Origin: Octopus sinensis
Taxonomy: Eukaryota
Direction: 5' to 3'
Length of the DNA: 64,000 nt
Assembly (NCBI RefSeq): GCF_006345805.1
Contig: NC_043020.1
Coordinates: 6,634,001 to 6,698,000 of the forward strand
In this document: one piece after another, positions 12,545 to 26,109 of the stretch
Position numbering within the stretch: the stretch's first letter is position 1
Layout of the letters: the number at the start of each line of letters is the position of its first letter
Position numbers and translations under genes: made by a program
Notes under the pieces: generated by a model
The model's input: only the letters and a program-made list of their open reading frames with translations
Databases searched by the model: none
What the model was told of the DNA's origin: nothing

Positions 12545-12935
12545 AGGTGCAGGTGTGGCTGGCCGTGTGGTAAGAAGCTTGTTTCCCAACCACATGGTTC
12601 TGGGTTCAGTCCCACTGCGTGTAACCTTAGGAATATGTCTTCTATAGCATTGCACTGACTAAATATATCTACATGCGAGTGTGTGTGTCTTGTCTTGGTC
12701 TTGACATTTCATTGTGTGATAGTTGTGAACAAATGTTACTGTTGTTTAGGCAGTGTCATTCGTTTCTAATATTCTGAGGAAACATGTCTAGTCATAGGGA
12801 AATGTTACTTTGATAGGAAACAGGTAAAGGTTGGCAACAGGAAGGGTATCTGGTCGTAGGAAAATATCTTCCTCAAATAAACTCAGTCAGACCCATGCAA
12901 GCATGAAAAAGTGGACATTAAATGATGATAATGAG
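12545..12935 (+). mobile_element. Composite SINE: family A tRNA head with RTE-type (family C) 3' tail
   Basis: A head at 12545-12650; tail ggttggcaacaggaagggtatc...cccatgcaagcatgaaaaagtggacattaaatgatgat; the same body recurs at 49075-49300 and 51820-52025. Confidence 0.75.
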
Positions 12936-13102
12936 AGGATAAAGTATGAAAGAAGCGGCCAGAACAGAATTCTTGCTGTAGAGGAGATGCATGACTAATT
13001 TTATAAAGGAGTTGGTGGTAATTGGTGCGGAAAAATAAAATAAAAATAAAGAAAAGGGAAATGAAATAGCGATGTGATGTCAACTTCCATACATAACCAT
13101 GG

Positions 13103-13585
13103 TTCCGCACGGCACACCGCCTCGCTGAACTTCCGCGCGGCACACCGCCTCGCTGAACTTCCGCGCGGCACACCGCCTCGCTGAACTTCCGCACGGCACA
13201 CCGCCTCGCTGAACTTCCGCGCGGCACACCGCCTCGCTGAACTTCCACACGGCACACCGCCTCGCTGAACTTCCGCATGGCACACCGCCTCGCTGAACTT
13301 CCGCACGGCACACCGCCTCGCTGAACTTCCGCACGGCACACCGCCTCGCTGAACTTCCGCACGGCACACCACCTCGCTGAACTTCCGCACGGCACACCGC
13401 CTCGCTGAACTTCTGCACGGCACACCGCCTCGCTGAACTTCTGCACGGCACACCGCCTCGCTGAACTTCCGCACGGCACACCGCCTCGCTGAACTTCCGC
13501 ACGGCACACCGCCTCGCTGAACTTCTGCACGGCACACCGCCTTGCTCAACTTCCGCACAGCACAGTGCCTCAGTCAACTTCCACA
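13103..13585. repeat. GC-rich 28-bp minisatellite, ~17 units (ttccgcacggcacaccgcctcgctgaac)
   Basis: Unit starts at 13103 and 13131, giving period 28. Confidence 0.95.
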
Positions 13586-13989
13586 TACCTCCTCATTCCA
13601 CATCTACACACTGCCTATAGTCTAAGTCCACATGCTACCTCAATAAACTTTCACACATCACCATGGTTTCAATGACCAGCATCTACACAACCAATAGACT
13701 TCCACGCACCATAAACATTCCACACACACCCACACTACCACAACTTCGAAAATAAGCTTCCACACATTAACACAATTTTTAAAAGAACAACAACAACAAC
13801 AGTGAGAACAACCAGATTCTGGTTTAGTCTAAATCAATAAAAATGCAGTAATGTTGTAGTATTGGGGTGTCTGGTAGTGGTAGCACTTTAATATTGGTTA
13901 GGTCTGGGGGAGGTGGTGGCAGCAGTGTTGGCAGTGGGGGTGGTAGCTAACATTAGCTGGGGAAGGAAACAGATGGTGTTGTCAATGAC

Positions 13990-14314
13990 AACACATTCAT
14001 CATGGTTGTGGTGGTGGTGGTTAGGATGCTAAAGATGTTGGTGATGATGATGGTGGTGGCAGTGATGATGGGGATGGTGGTAGCAGCGATGATGATGATG
14101 ATGGTAATGATGATGGTGGTGGTGGTGGTGATGATGATGATGGTGGTGGTGGTGGTGATGATGATGATGATGATGGTAATGATGATGGTGGTGGTGGTGG
14201 TGATGATGGTGGTGATGATGATGGTGATGATGGTGGTGATGATGATGGTGGTGGTGGTGATGATGATGGTGGTGGTGGTGGTGATGATGGTGGTGGTGAT
14301 GATGGTGGAGGTGG

Positions 14315-14346
<32 letters not shown>

Positions 14347-14590
14347 ATGATGGTGGTGGCAGTGATGACGACGATGTTGGCAGTGATGATGATGGTGGTG
14401 GTGAGGATAAAAATGGTCGTGATGATAATGAAGGTAGCGATAATGATGGTGGTGATAGTGATGATGATAATGATGATGATGATGACGACGACAATGGTGA
14501 TGACAGAGGTGGTGATGCTGATGGTGACAGCAGTGGTTGTGCCGCTGCTGCCGCTCATAAATGATAACGCTAACAATGGTGATGAGTGAT
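13990..14590. repeat. (GAT/GGT)n trinucleotide tract
   Basis: Direct inspection. Confidence 0.95.
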
Positions 14591-14756
14591 GAATGATGAA
14601 GAGGATGTTAGCGATGACAAATGAATGAACGAATTGAAAAAAAAAAGACAAACTGCACAGCTAATTGTAATCAACATCCAGCGAAAACAGAAGTCATCAC
14701 TAATAAAATGTGTTTGTAAACATCATCATCATCATCATTATTGAAATTATAATTAA

Positions 14757-15300
14757 AACAGCGAGCTGAGATTTATTAACGAGCTGCTCGGCAGCATTTT
14801 GTCCGACTTTACATTCTGAGTTCAAATTTTGCTGGGGTTGATTTTGTCTTTCATCCTTTTGGGGTCGATAAATTAAGTACCAGTTGTGTACTGAGGTTGT
14901 GTACTAATTGACTGGCCCTTTCTCCCCAAAATTTCGGGCCTTGTGCCTCTAGAGTAGAAAAGATGATTATTATTATCTCTAATAATAAACGTGAAATTCT
15001 GTCTGTCCGTCCGTCCGCCCATCCGAGACCCTTGTATCTCAGTTCACATTTACTCTGGACATTTCTTCATTGCTCCCAGGGGTGGAGACTAAACATAGAG
15101 GGGACAAACAAGGACAGGCAAAAAGATTAAGTTAAGTTGATTACATCAGCCCCAGAGTGTAACTGGTACTTAATTTATCCACCCTGAAAGGAAAAAAGGC
15201 AAAATCAACTTGGGCAGAATTTGAACTCAGAATGTAAAGGCAGACAAATTACTGCCCAGCATTTTGCCAGGCGTGCCAATGATTCTGCCAGCTTACTGCT
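14757..15300. mobile_element. Two older family B SINEs in convergent orientation (14757-14965 plus, 15068-15300 minus)
   Basis: B core tttcatccttttggggtcgataaattaagtaccag on plus and its reverse complement on minus. Confidence 0.8.
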
Positions 15301-15434
15301 GACATAGTCTACATAGACATATTATACCTTTTTGGAATCAGAATGACCCCAAGTTTGAAAATCTGCCCCTCATTTGGTTCTTGAACACCCAGCATTGGGA
15401 TCAGATCTGGATGAGAATTTGTTACATGCTAACA

Positions 15435-15742
15435 GTTGGTGGCACGTAAAAGCACCATCCGTTCGTGTCCGTTGCCAGCCTCGCCTGGCCCCCGTGCCGG
15501 TGACACGTAAAAGTACCATCCGCTCGTGGCCGTTTGCCAGCTCTGTCTGGCACCTGTGCGGGTGGCACGTAAAAAGCACCCACTACACTCACGGAGTGGT
15601 TGGCGTTAGGAAGGGCATCCAGCCGTAGAAACACTGCCAGATCTGACTGGGCCTGATGAAGCCTTCCAGCTTCACAGACCCCAGTTGAACCGTCCAACCC
15701 ATGCTAGCATGGAAAACGGATGCTAAATGATGATGATGATGA
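15435..15742 (+). mobile_element. Family C RTE 3'UTR
   Basis: Near-identical to 9085-9490 and 60210-60495. Confidence 0.9.
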
Positions 15743-15894
15743 GTTGGAAAGTCAAATTTTAAAAGAACATCAAAAATTTGTAAAGTAAATTTAAAGGAAT
15801 ATTGCTCTCTTTAGTTTGGGGTCACAGGCCCAATCAGCCCTCCGCAGGAGCTATAGTCCACACAGAGTGTGGCTTTTAAACTAGTTATTATTAT

Positions 15895-16445
15895 TATTAT
15901 TGAGTGAGAGAGCAGTGCATGCCAACAAAGTGACACTGCGGTACAATTATACGAAGCCCAATATACCCTATGACTACCCGTCTGACAAGTGTACACTAGG
16001 CCTATGCATGACATGGTGATCGCATATCAAGATAAGCGGCACATGACCTTGCAGGTGGGGCTCATAATTTTCATCCGGTCGAGTAGCCCATCCTGCTCAA
16101 AAGGTCCCTGAATAAGGTTTGTTTAAGAATGCTGAATGAAACACCCATGTTTCCAGAAGTAAATTATTCAAACCCCAAAGACTTCCTCTCAACACAATGC
16201 TACGATGCTCCCCCCCCCCATTACTTCTGCTCGTCATAAGGGTAAGCACATATCGTCAGCCACTAAGGGACATGCTCAACTGGTTAAGGTCGAACAAGTG
16301 ACAAGCAAATCTGTGGTATTGAGCAGAATATTTACTGAAGACCATGTTTTATACCAAGACAAAACATGTAGATGATAACACTTCCAATCAATTAAGATCA
16401 GAAGGCATAAGAGCCACTGCCTTGTACTGTATCAGGGCTAAGTCG
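15895..16445. mobile_element. Unclassified non-simple ~550-bp segment, probably an interspersed repeat
   Basis: Complex sequence bounded by (tta)n and a degenerate B SINE; no ORF recognised. Confidence 0.3.
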
Positions 16446-16688
16446 ATTATCAAACAAGTTTTTTATCATTATCATTGTTAAGACAGTGAGTAGACAGATT
16501 TGTTAACAGACCAGATGAAATATTTAACAACACTGATTGCTTTATATTCCAAGTTTGAATTCCACCAAGACCAACTTTGCCTTTTATCTTTTCAGGGTTA
16601 GTAAAGTACCAGTTATGCACTGGGGTTGATGTAATTGATTAGCCCTTACTCCTTCAAAATTCCAGGCCTTTTGCCCATAGCAGAAAGG

Positions 16689-16729
<41 letters not shown>

Positions 16730-17279
16730 CAATATTATTATTATTATGAATAAATCCAACCCATGCCAGTATGGAGACACGGATGTTAAATGATTAATGA
16801 ATAAGGTGGTGATCAGTCAAAATTGGTAGCATGACAGACAAAAAAAATGGCTTAGCAGCGTTCCTTCTGGCGTTATCTTCTGAGTTCAAATGCTGCCAAG
16901 AGATCAGCTTTGCCTTTTATTCTTTAGGGTTGATGCAATAAAATACCAGCTGAGTATTGGGGGGGAAAGGGGTTAATGTAATCAACTCCTCCCCTCCCTC
17001 AAAAGTGCAAGTCTTGTGCCGAATGTAGAAATAATTTTTACTACTACTAACCATAAAACAACAATCTGAACTAAAACAGGTGGTCATGTGACTGTGGTAA
17101 GAAGTCTGCTTCACAACCACATGGTTCTGGGTTCAGTCCCACTGTGTGGCACCTTGGGCAAGTGTCTTCTACTGTAGCTAAGGGCTGACCAAAGCCTTTT
17201 GAATAGATTTAGTAGATGGAAACTGAAGGAAACCCATTATATATGTGTGTGCGCATCATTGTACGTGTTTGTACATTAC

Positions 17280-19850
17280 ACACACACACACACTATAACA
17301 TATACATACACACCATAACATTACACACACACGCAAAAACACACCATAACATTATATACATATATATGTGTGTGGGTGTGTGGTAGGAGGGTTGTTTCCT
17401 AACCACATGGTTCTGTGTTCAAACCTACTGCATGACATCTTGGGTAGGTGTTGTCTTCTATAGCATTATATACACATATATACACACCATAACATTATAT
17501 ACACACACCATAACATATACACACATACACACACCATAACATTATATACACATATACACACACCATAACATTGTACACATACACACACCATAACATTATA
17601 TACACATATACACACACCATAACATTGTACACATACACACACCATAACATTATATACACATATACACACACCATAACATATACACACATACACACACCAT
17701 AACATCATATACACATATACACACACCATAACATTATATACACATATACACACACCATAACATTATACACATACACACACCATAACATTATATACACATA
17801 TACACACACCATAACATTATATACATATATACACACACCATAACATTATATACACATATACACACACCATAACATTTTATACACACATACACACACCATA
17901 ACATTATATACACACATACACGCACCATAACATTATATACATATATATACACACCATAACATTATATACATGTCTTCGACTTGGCCTGAGCATGGACTCA
18001 AACCCAAATGAAATGAAATACACACCATAACATTATATACACACATACACGCACCATAACATTATATACACACATACACGCACCATAACATTATATACAC
18101 ACATACACGCACCATAACATTATACACACACACACCACACACACCATACCATAACATATACCTATATACACACATACATCATAACATTACATATATATAT
18201 ACATACACACACACCATAACATTATATACACACGTCCAACCCATGCTAGCATGGAGGACGGACGCTAAATGATGATGATGATGATGATGATACACACACC
18301 ATAACATTATACACACACACACACACCATACCATAACATATACCTATATACACACATACATCATAACATTACATATATATATACATACACACACACCATA
18401 ACATTATATACACACATACACACACCATAACATTATACACACACCCCATACCATAACATATACCTATATACACACATACATCATAACATTACATATATAT
18501 ATACATACACACACACCATAACATTATATACACACATACACACACCATACCATAACATATACCTATATACACACATACATCTTAACATTACATATATATA
18601 TACATACACACACACCATAACATTATATACACACATACACACACCATAACATTATACACACACACCATACCATAACATATACCTATATACACACATACAT
18701 CATAACATTACATATATATATACATACACACACACCATAACATTATATACACACATACACACACCATAACATTATACACACACACCATACCATAACATAT
18801 ACCTATATACACACATACATCATAACATTACATATATATATACATACACACACACCATAACATTATATACACACATACACACACCATAACATTATACACA
18901 CACACCATACCATAACATATACCTATATACACACATACATCATAACATTACATATATATATACATACACCACACACCATAACATTATATCACACATAACA
19001 CACACCATAACATTATACACACACACCATACCATAACATATACCTATATACACACATACATCTTAACATTACATATATATAACATACACACACACCACAC
19101 CATAACATTATATAACACCATACACACACACCATAACATTATACACACACCCCATACCATAACATATACCTATATACACACATACATCATAACATTACAT
19201 ATATATATACATACACACCATAACATTATATACACACATACACCACCATAACATTATACACACACACCATACCATAACATATACCTATACACACATACAT
19301 CTTAACATTACATATATATATATACATACACCACACCATAACATTATATACACACATACACACACACACACCATACATAACATATACCTATATACACACA
19401 TACATCATAACATTACATATATATATACATACACACACACCATAACATTATATACACACATACACACACCATAACATTATACACACACCCATACCATAAC
19501 ATATACCTATATACACCATACATCATAACATTACATATATATATACATACACACACACCATAACATTATATACAACACTACACACACCATAACATTATAC
19601 ACATACACACACACCATAACATTATACACATACACACACACCATAACATTATATATACACACACACACACCATACCATAACATATACCTATACACACACA
19701 CACACCATAACATTACATATATACATACATACACACACATCATAACATTATATACACACACCATAACATTACATACATATACACACACCATAACATATAC
19801 ATATACACCATAACATTACATATATACATACACACACACACACACATGAA
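17280..19850. repeat. CA/TA-rich satellite (cacaccataacattatatacacatata units evolving into ~90-bp higher-order units)
   Basis: Direct inspection. Confidence 0.95.
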
Positions 19851-20144
19851 TTTGGATGTTTTTCTAAACAAACATTCACTGCTGCGTATCTCTCGGTTTT
19901 AAACAAAGGGAATTTTTTTTGTTTGTTATCCGAAAGCCGAAGATCAATCAGAGGCAGTTGCAAAGTAACTCTGGAGACTTTCGTTAATTATGTATTTATA
20001 TACAAAAAAAAACCACCCCACTGCACCCGACATAGTTATATAAATATTATACGACCATCCCGTCGACACCCCTCTGCAGCCTACTGCTGCTGCAAAGCGC
20101 AACGGAATGACATCCGGTCAACCTACCTACGTACCGTGAGGATG

Positions 20145-20580
20145 GGATTACGTGTGTGTGTGTGAATTGTGAGCGAATGTGTGTGTGTGTGTGTGAATTG
20201 TGAGCGAATATGTGTGTGTGTGTGTGTGTGAATTGTGAGAGAATATGTGTGTGTGTGTGTGTGAATTGTGAGAGAATATGTGTGTGTGTGTGTGTGTGAA
20301 TTGTGAGTGAATATGTGGGAATTGTGAGCGAATGTGTGTGTGTGAATTGTGGGCGAATATGTGTGTGTGTGTGTGAATTGTGGGCGAATATGTATGTGTG
20401 AATTGTGAGCGAATGTGTGTGTGTGTGTGTGAATTGTGAGCGAATATGTGTGTGTGTGTGAATTGTGAGCGAATGTGTGTGTGTGTGTGAATTGTGAGCG
20501 AATGTGTGTGTGTGGTGAATTTTGAGCGAATATGTGTGTGTGTGTGTGTGTGTGAATTGTGAGCGAATATGTGTGTGTGT
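20145..20580. repeat. ~30-bp minisatellite gaattgtgagcgaatatg(tg)n
   Basis: Direct inspection. Confidence 0.9.
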
Positions 20581-20899
20581 GTGTCTGAGAATGTGTGTAG
20601 AAACGAGTGTGTATGAATATGTGTGAGTGCGTGTGGATGTGTGTGCACGCGTGTTTGTGTACTAACGTGCATGAATGTGTGCGCGCGAGAGAGAATGTGT
20701 GTAAACGTGTGTACAAATTAGTTTAAATGTGTACGTCAATTTGTGTGTGTGTGTGTGTGTGTGTACACACGTGTTAGTGTGTGTAGGTGAAAATATACTT
20801 GAAAGAATGTGTGTGTGTGTGTGTGTGTGTGTATTTGTGTTTATGTGCATGGATGTGTATGTGCGAGAGTGCACAAGCACGTGTGGTGGTGTTTCCAAA

Positions 20900-21110
20900 T
20901 CAATAAAGATACGCTGAACAAAACGGACTAAGCTCTTATCGATCCTTCGGTGACTGACCGACTGCCGCCGCCACCTCCGCCACCACCATCATCATCATCA
21001 TCATCATAACGTAAGAGGCACATGGGGGGGGGGTGGAGCGGAGAGGGGCGGGGCGGAGGGACATCGTCACCGATTGGTTGGTTGGTTGGTCGGTCGGACC
21101 CAAAGTGAAA
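20900..21110. promoter_or_regulatory. Candidate promoter-like element (GC boxes, CCAAT, CpG-rich)
   Basis: ggggcggggcgg at ~21045-21056, attgg at 21073-21077 and many CpGs in an otherwise CpG-poor window; motif-level evidence only. Confidence 0.3.
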
Positions 21111-21717
21111 ATGAAGGTTGTGCGTTTTAGTTAAAGATGACAGAAGGTAAGAGAGAAACGAGGGGGAGACGGATGGAGGGGAGAGGAAGAGGGACAACCA
21201 TAGAAAGGGATGGAGGAGGAAAAGGGGGGAAGAGGAGGAGGGGGATGGGGAGCGAATGATAAGCATTTGGGATGGACTTTTTTTGGTTTTCAAAGAATTC
21301 TAAGAGAAATAAAATAATAAAACAAACTAGAAAAATCAAAAAAAAAATAAAAAACTTGGGAGAGAACAAAGAAAAAAATATGTTAACGGTTCCATTGCGT
21401 TATCTTAGAGAAATACGAAACAATAGATGAGAATGGCAGGGTTGGATTGGACGTGGTGAAGCATCTGAGGAAACCTCTAGGGATCCTAGATGATTCATTA
21501 TTAGGGGTTGGGTCGAGGAAATGGAAGGACCAGTTCAAAGAGATGGTAATTGGAGAGATGAGAGTAGGGGAGGTGGTTTTTAGTGGTATATAATGCTTGT
21601 GATGATGGTGGTGGTGGTGTTGGATGTGACGGTGGCAATAGAGTTGGATGTGATGGTGATGGTAAGGTTTGTAGTGGCAGTGATGTTGGTGTTGGCGGTA
21701 GAGGTGAAGATGGTGAT

Positions 21718-21942
21718 GGTGGCAGAAACGTTAGCAGGCCGGGCGAGATGCTTAGCGGTATTTCGTCTGCCAATACGTTCTGAGTTCAAATTCCGCCGAG
21801 GTCGACTTTGCCTTTCATCCTTTCGGGGTCGATAAATTAAGTACCAGTCATGCACTGGGGTCGATGTAATCGATTTAATACCTATGTCTGTCCTTGCTTG
21901 TCCCCTCTATGTTTAGCCCCTTGTGGGTAATAAATAAATAGG
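21718..21942 (+). mobile_element. Family B SINE
   Basis: ggcagaaacgttagc...ccccttgtgggtaataaataaatagg. Confidence 0.9.
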
Positions 21943-22194
21943 TAGTGTTGGATGTGATGGTGAAGACAGCAAAAGTTTGTAGTGGTGGTGATGGTAGTGG
22001 TTGGGATGATAACATTTGGAGTGGTGGTATTGGTGGTAGCGGTAAAGATGGTGATGGTAGTGGTGGTACTGGTGTCCTTAGAGGTGATGGTTGAGATGGT
22101 GTAGATCTGTGGTCCTCAACAAGGCTCCATGTAGCCCGTACGGGTCCATAGAAGATTTTATTCTTAAATTTTATGTCCAATAATTTGCTAAGGC

Positions 22195-22590
22195 ACAGGT
22201 GTGGCTCTGTGGTAAGTACCTCATGGTTCTGGGTTCAGTCCCACTGTGTGACACCATGGGCAAGTGTCTTCTACTATAGCCTCAGGCTGACCAAAGCCTT
22301 GTGAGTGGATTTGGTAGATGGAAACTGAAAGAAGCCCATCGTATGTGTGTATGTGTATATATATTCACACATTTATGTGTCTGTGTGTGTTTGTCCCCCC
22401 AACCAACACTTGACAACTGATGTTGGTGTGTTTATGTCCCTGTGACTTAGCAGTTTGGTAAAACAGACTGATAGAATAAGTACTAAGGCATACAAAGATT
22501 AAGTCCTGGGGTTGATTTCTTCAACTAAAAAAAAACCCTTTTAAGGCAGTGCTCTAGCATGGCCACAATCAAATGCCTGAAACATGTATA
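22195..22590 (+). mobile_element. Family A SINE
   Basis: Head to tail recognisable. Confidence 0.85.
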
Positions 22591-22645
22591 AGAATTCTTG
22601 TACAGTACGCAAGATATATAAATTTTTTGATATAATTCCTTATTT

Positions 22646-22872
22646 CTTTATTGTCCACAAGGGGTTAAACGTAGAGGGGACAAACAAGGACAGACAAAGG
22701 GATAAAGTCAATTACATCGACCCCAGTGCATAACTGGTACTTAATTTATCGACCCCCAAAAGGATGAAAGGCAAAGTCGACCGTGGTGGAATTTGAACTC
22801 AGAATGTAACAGTAGACGAAATACCACTAAGCATTTTGTCCGGCGTTGCTAACATTTCTGCCAGCTTGCCAC
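22646..22872 (-). mobile_element. Family B SINE
   Basis: tatttctttattgtccacaagggg...tgccagcttgccacc. Confidence 0.9.
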
Positions 22873-23275
22873 CTTTTTTGATATAATTCCTAATAATATA
22901 AGTATATAATGGGATTCTTTAAAACCTTGAATGTCTAAGGGGGTCCAACAGAATAAACCCAGAACCACAGGGATCAACAGGCAAACTGGGGCTGAACATC
23001 AACTGTAGGGGATAGTAAGAAGTGAAGATGGCGATGGTGAGAATTGTAGTGATTGTAGTAGCGATGGTGGTGGTAGAGATGGTAATGGTTAATGCTAGTG
23101 GTGGTGGGGGTGGGAACAGTGGTGGTGGTGGTGGAGATGGTAATGGTTAATGCTAGTGGTGGTGGGGGTGGTGATGCAAGAAATGTAGAAAAAAAGAGAA
23201 ATTAGGTTAGCTGGAATAATTGCCAGAATAATAACGGTTCGTTGGTATGTGATAGAGTGCATGGCTCTGTGAGCA

Positions 23276-23308
<33 letters not shown>

Positions 23309-23659
23309 GGGAGTGTGAGGGAGACAGAGGGGTGGGAGAGAGACAGACTGTGTGAATGCATGTGAGAGAATGTGTGCATGTGTGAAAGAGTACGTGTGTG
23401 CGAGTGTGAAAGTGTGTGCATGTGTGAGAGTGTGTGAGTGTGTGCACGTGTGTGAGAGTGTGTGCATGTCTGAGAGAGTGTGTGCATGTGTGAGTTTGCG
23501 CATGTGTGAGAGTGTGTGTGTTTGTGTGAGTGTGTGTGCGTGTGTGAGAGAGTGTGCGTGTGTGAGAGAGTGTGTGCGCATGTGTGAGTGTGTGCATGTG
23601 TGAGGGAGTGTGTGCGTGTGTGAGAGAGTGTGTGCATGTGAGAGTGTGTGCAGATGTTG

Positions 23660-24030
23660 AAAAAAACAATGAGCGTGCTCTTGATTGAACTGAGGCTCTG
23701 TTGTGTGCCAGTGCCACTCAAAACATTGTAGGCGACTCATTTTCCTCATCGCCGGAAACTTGCCGAAGCATGCTCAATGTCTCTATGGCAGACTTCCCAA
23801 GTTGAATGCAAAATTTCACGTTGGTTCTTTGTTCCATGACAAAAATTACAGGCTACAATATACATGTGATCACAAAACCACAAATTTCACAACTAGTGAA
23901 GTATATGTCACTCAACCCACAGCCTCATGAAGGTCACTGCTAGCTCTCGCTGCACACACAACCATGTGCTGCCATCTGTTGGCACGCTACAGAAGTAATC
24001 CAGGAACCTTTCGATATCACCTCATACATA
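23660..24030. mobile_element. Probable Tc1/mariner-type DNA transposon remnant (right end)
   Basis: Ends ...ctgccatctgttggc...aacctttcgatatcacctcata, resembling mariner ...acctcgta termini; left TIR not found. Confidence 0.4.
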
Positions 24031-24031
24031 T

Positions 24032-24203
24032 AGGTGCAGGAGTGGCTGTGTGGTAAGTAGCTTGCTTACGAACCACATGGTTCCGGGTTCAGTCCCACTG
24101 CGTGGCACCTTGGGCAAGTGTCTTCTACTATAGCCTCGGGCCGATCAAAGTCTTGTGAGTGGATTTGGTAGACGGAAACTGAAAGAAGCCCGTCATATAT
24201 ATG

Positions 24204-24234
<31 letters not shown>

Positions 24235-24427
24235 GTATGTCCCCCACATCGCTTGACAATCGATGCTGGTGTGTTCATGTCCCCGTAACTTAGCGGTTCG
24301 GCAAAAGAGACCGATAGAATAAGTACTAGGCTTACAAAGAATAAGTCCTGGAGTTGATTTCTTCGACTAAAGGCGGTGCTCCAGCATGGCCGCAGTCAAA
24401 TGACTGAAACAAGTAAAAGAGTAAAGA

Positions 24428-24430
<3 letters not shown>
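24032..24430 (+). mobile_element. Family A SINE, full length, young
   Basis: taggtgcaggagtggctgtgtggtaagtagc...aaacaagtaaaagagtaaagagta. Confidence 0.92.
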
Positions 24431-24477
<47 letters not shown>

Positions 24478-25653
24478 ATATATTCTATTTTTGCCCTTTA
24501 GAAGAACATACTCAAAATGTAGAAGACTTTCCATTTCCTATTATACTATTTTATATTTTAGCACTATATATACACATATACACAATGGGTTTCTTTCAGT
24601 TTCCATCTTCCAAATCCACTCACAAGACTCTGGTCAATCTAGGGCTACAGTAAATAAACACTTGCCCAAGGTGTCAAGCAGTGGCATTCAACTAGAATAA
24701 CCAAGTCATTGGGAAGCAGACTTTGTAACTACATGGCTATGCCTCTGTGTTGACTAAAATCTATAGATATACTCTATAACACAGAGTAGTTTTGAAGCAA
24801 AACACTTAAGACCCATGTAATTTAGTAATTAAACTAAGCTGCCAGTAATGCGCTATAATATACAAATCAAATTATCTGATTTACTTAAGCTTTTAGTAAT
24901 ATCATCATCATCGTTGTCATCTTTATGTTTGCTTTATTTATCATAGTATGAGTTGGAAAGAGAGTGAGATTGTAAACAATGTCTCTGTGGGATAGTTAAA
25001 GAGGGTACTCAGTTGCCGATGAAATCCCAACACAGTCAAACTGAAACCAGTCAAACGATTCTTCTTTTTCTTTCTGCAAAGATATTGCATGTAAAGGACA
25101 AGGTTTTTACATTTGTCTGTTATATTCAGTGTTGGCTAAAATCTATAGCTATATTCCATAGCACACAATATAGCATTGAAAGAAAATATTGTGAAAGCAC
25201 CATTAAATTTATCAACAGATTTACGATACAGCCACAGTGCTGTGCAGTGGGGGGGGGGGGGTAACACAGGTAGAAGTGTGTCTATGGGGTATAATTACTA
25301 GGACTATATATAACAGTAAATATATAATAAAGTGCATAAAGCCACCACCTTTGATACTACAACCTGTGTGTGTGTATATATAGATATATAACTATATATA
25401 TATTTTATTGTTTCAGTCATTTCACTGTGGCCATGCTGGAGCACCACATTTAGTTGAACAAATCAACCCCAGGACTTCTTTGTAAGCCTAGTACTTATTC
25501 TATCGGTTTCTTTTGCCGAACTGTTAAGTTAAGTGAACATAAGCACACCTACATCGGTTGTCAAGTAACAGTGAAAGGACAAACACAGACATATTATATA
25601 TATGGAATATATATATATATACATATGTGTGCGTATATAATATATTATATATA

Positions 25654-25684
<31 letters not shown>

Positions 25685-26109
25685 GTGTTATATATGTGTG
25701 TGGTGTGTGGTGTAAATATGCATATATATGATTGTATGTGTGTATATATATATATATCTAAAAATTTATGACATATACATATTTTATGACTATATATATA
25801 TATTATATATATATATAATATATATATATATATACACACACACAACACACATATATATACATAGAGAGAGGTATATGACAGAAGTGTGTGTGTATATGTC
25901 AGATTTAGACAGGTGTCATCCTGTTTGGAGGTGTTGCCTGTTTTTCTTTGTAAGACACTAACCAAACAACAGCAGCTATTATGAGACCCACCACGACCAC
26001 CACTACTAGTGCTACAGCTACCAACACAATGAGCACCACTACCACATTACTATTACAACCACCACCACCACCACCACCACAATAGCATGTATGTGTGTGT
26101 GTATATTTA

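Noticed and set aside
12883-13586. Three 168-215-aa ORFs with a 28-aa repeat
   Set aside because: Arithmetic result of a stop-free 28-bp unit read through three frames
15650-15680. ctgatga followed by the hairpin gaagcc/gcttc (also ~60395-60420)
   Set aside because: No GAAA core or stems I and III; it is a variant of the family C sequence gcctggtgcagcc
18960-19340. Irregular units within the CA/TA satellite
   Set aside because: Scattered single-base indels look like long-read consensus error or ordinary slippage
20160-20570. aattgtgagcg, matching the lac operator half-site, repeated many times
   Set aside because: Only 11 nt match, never followed by gataacaatt, and embedded in a (TG)n minisatellite; not vector contamination
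25050-25110. Strong pyrimidine tract plus aag acceptor before a 21-nt segment
   Set aside because: The following donor (G|gttttt) is too weak to support an exon call
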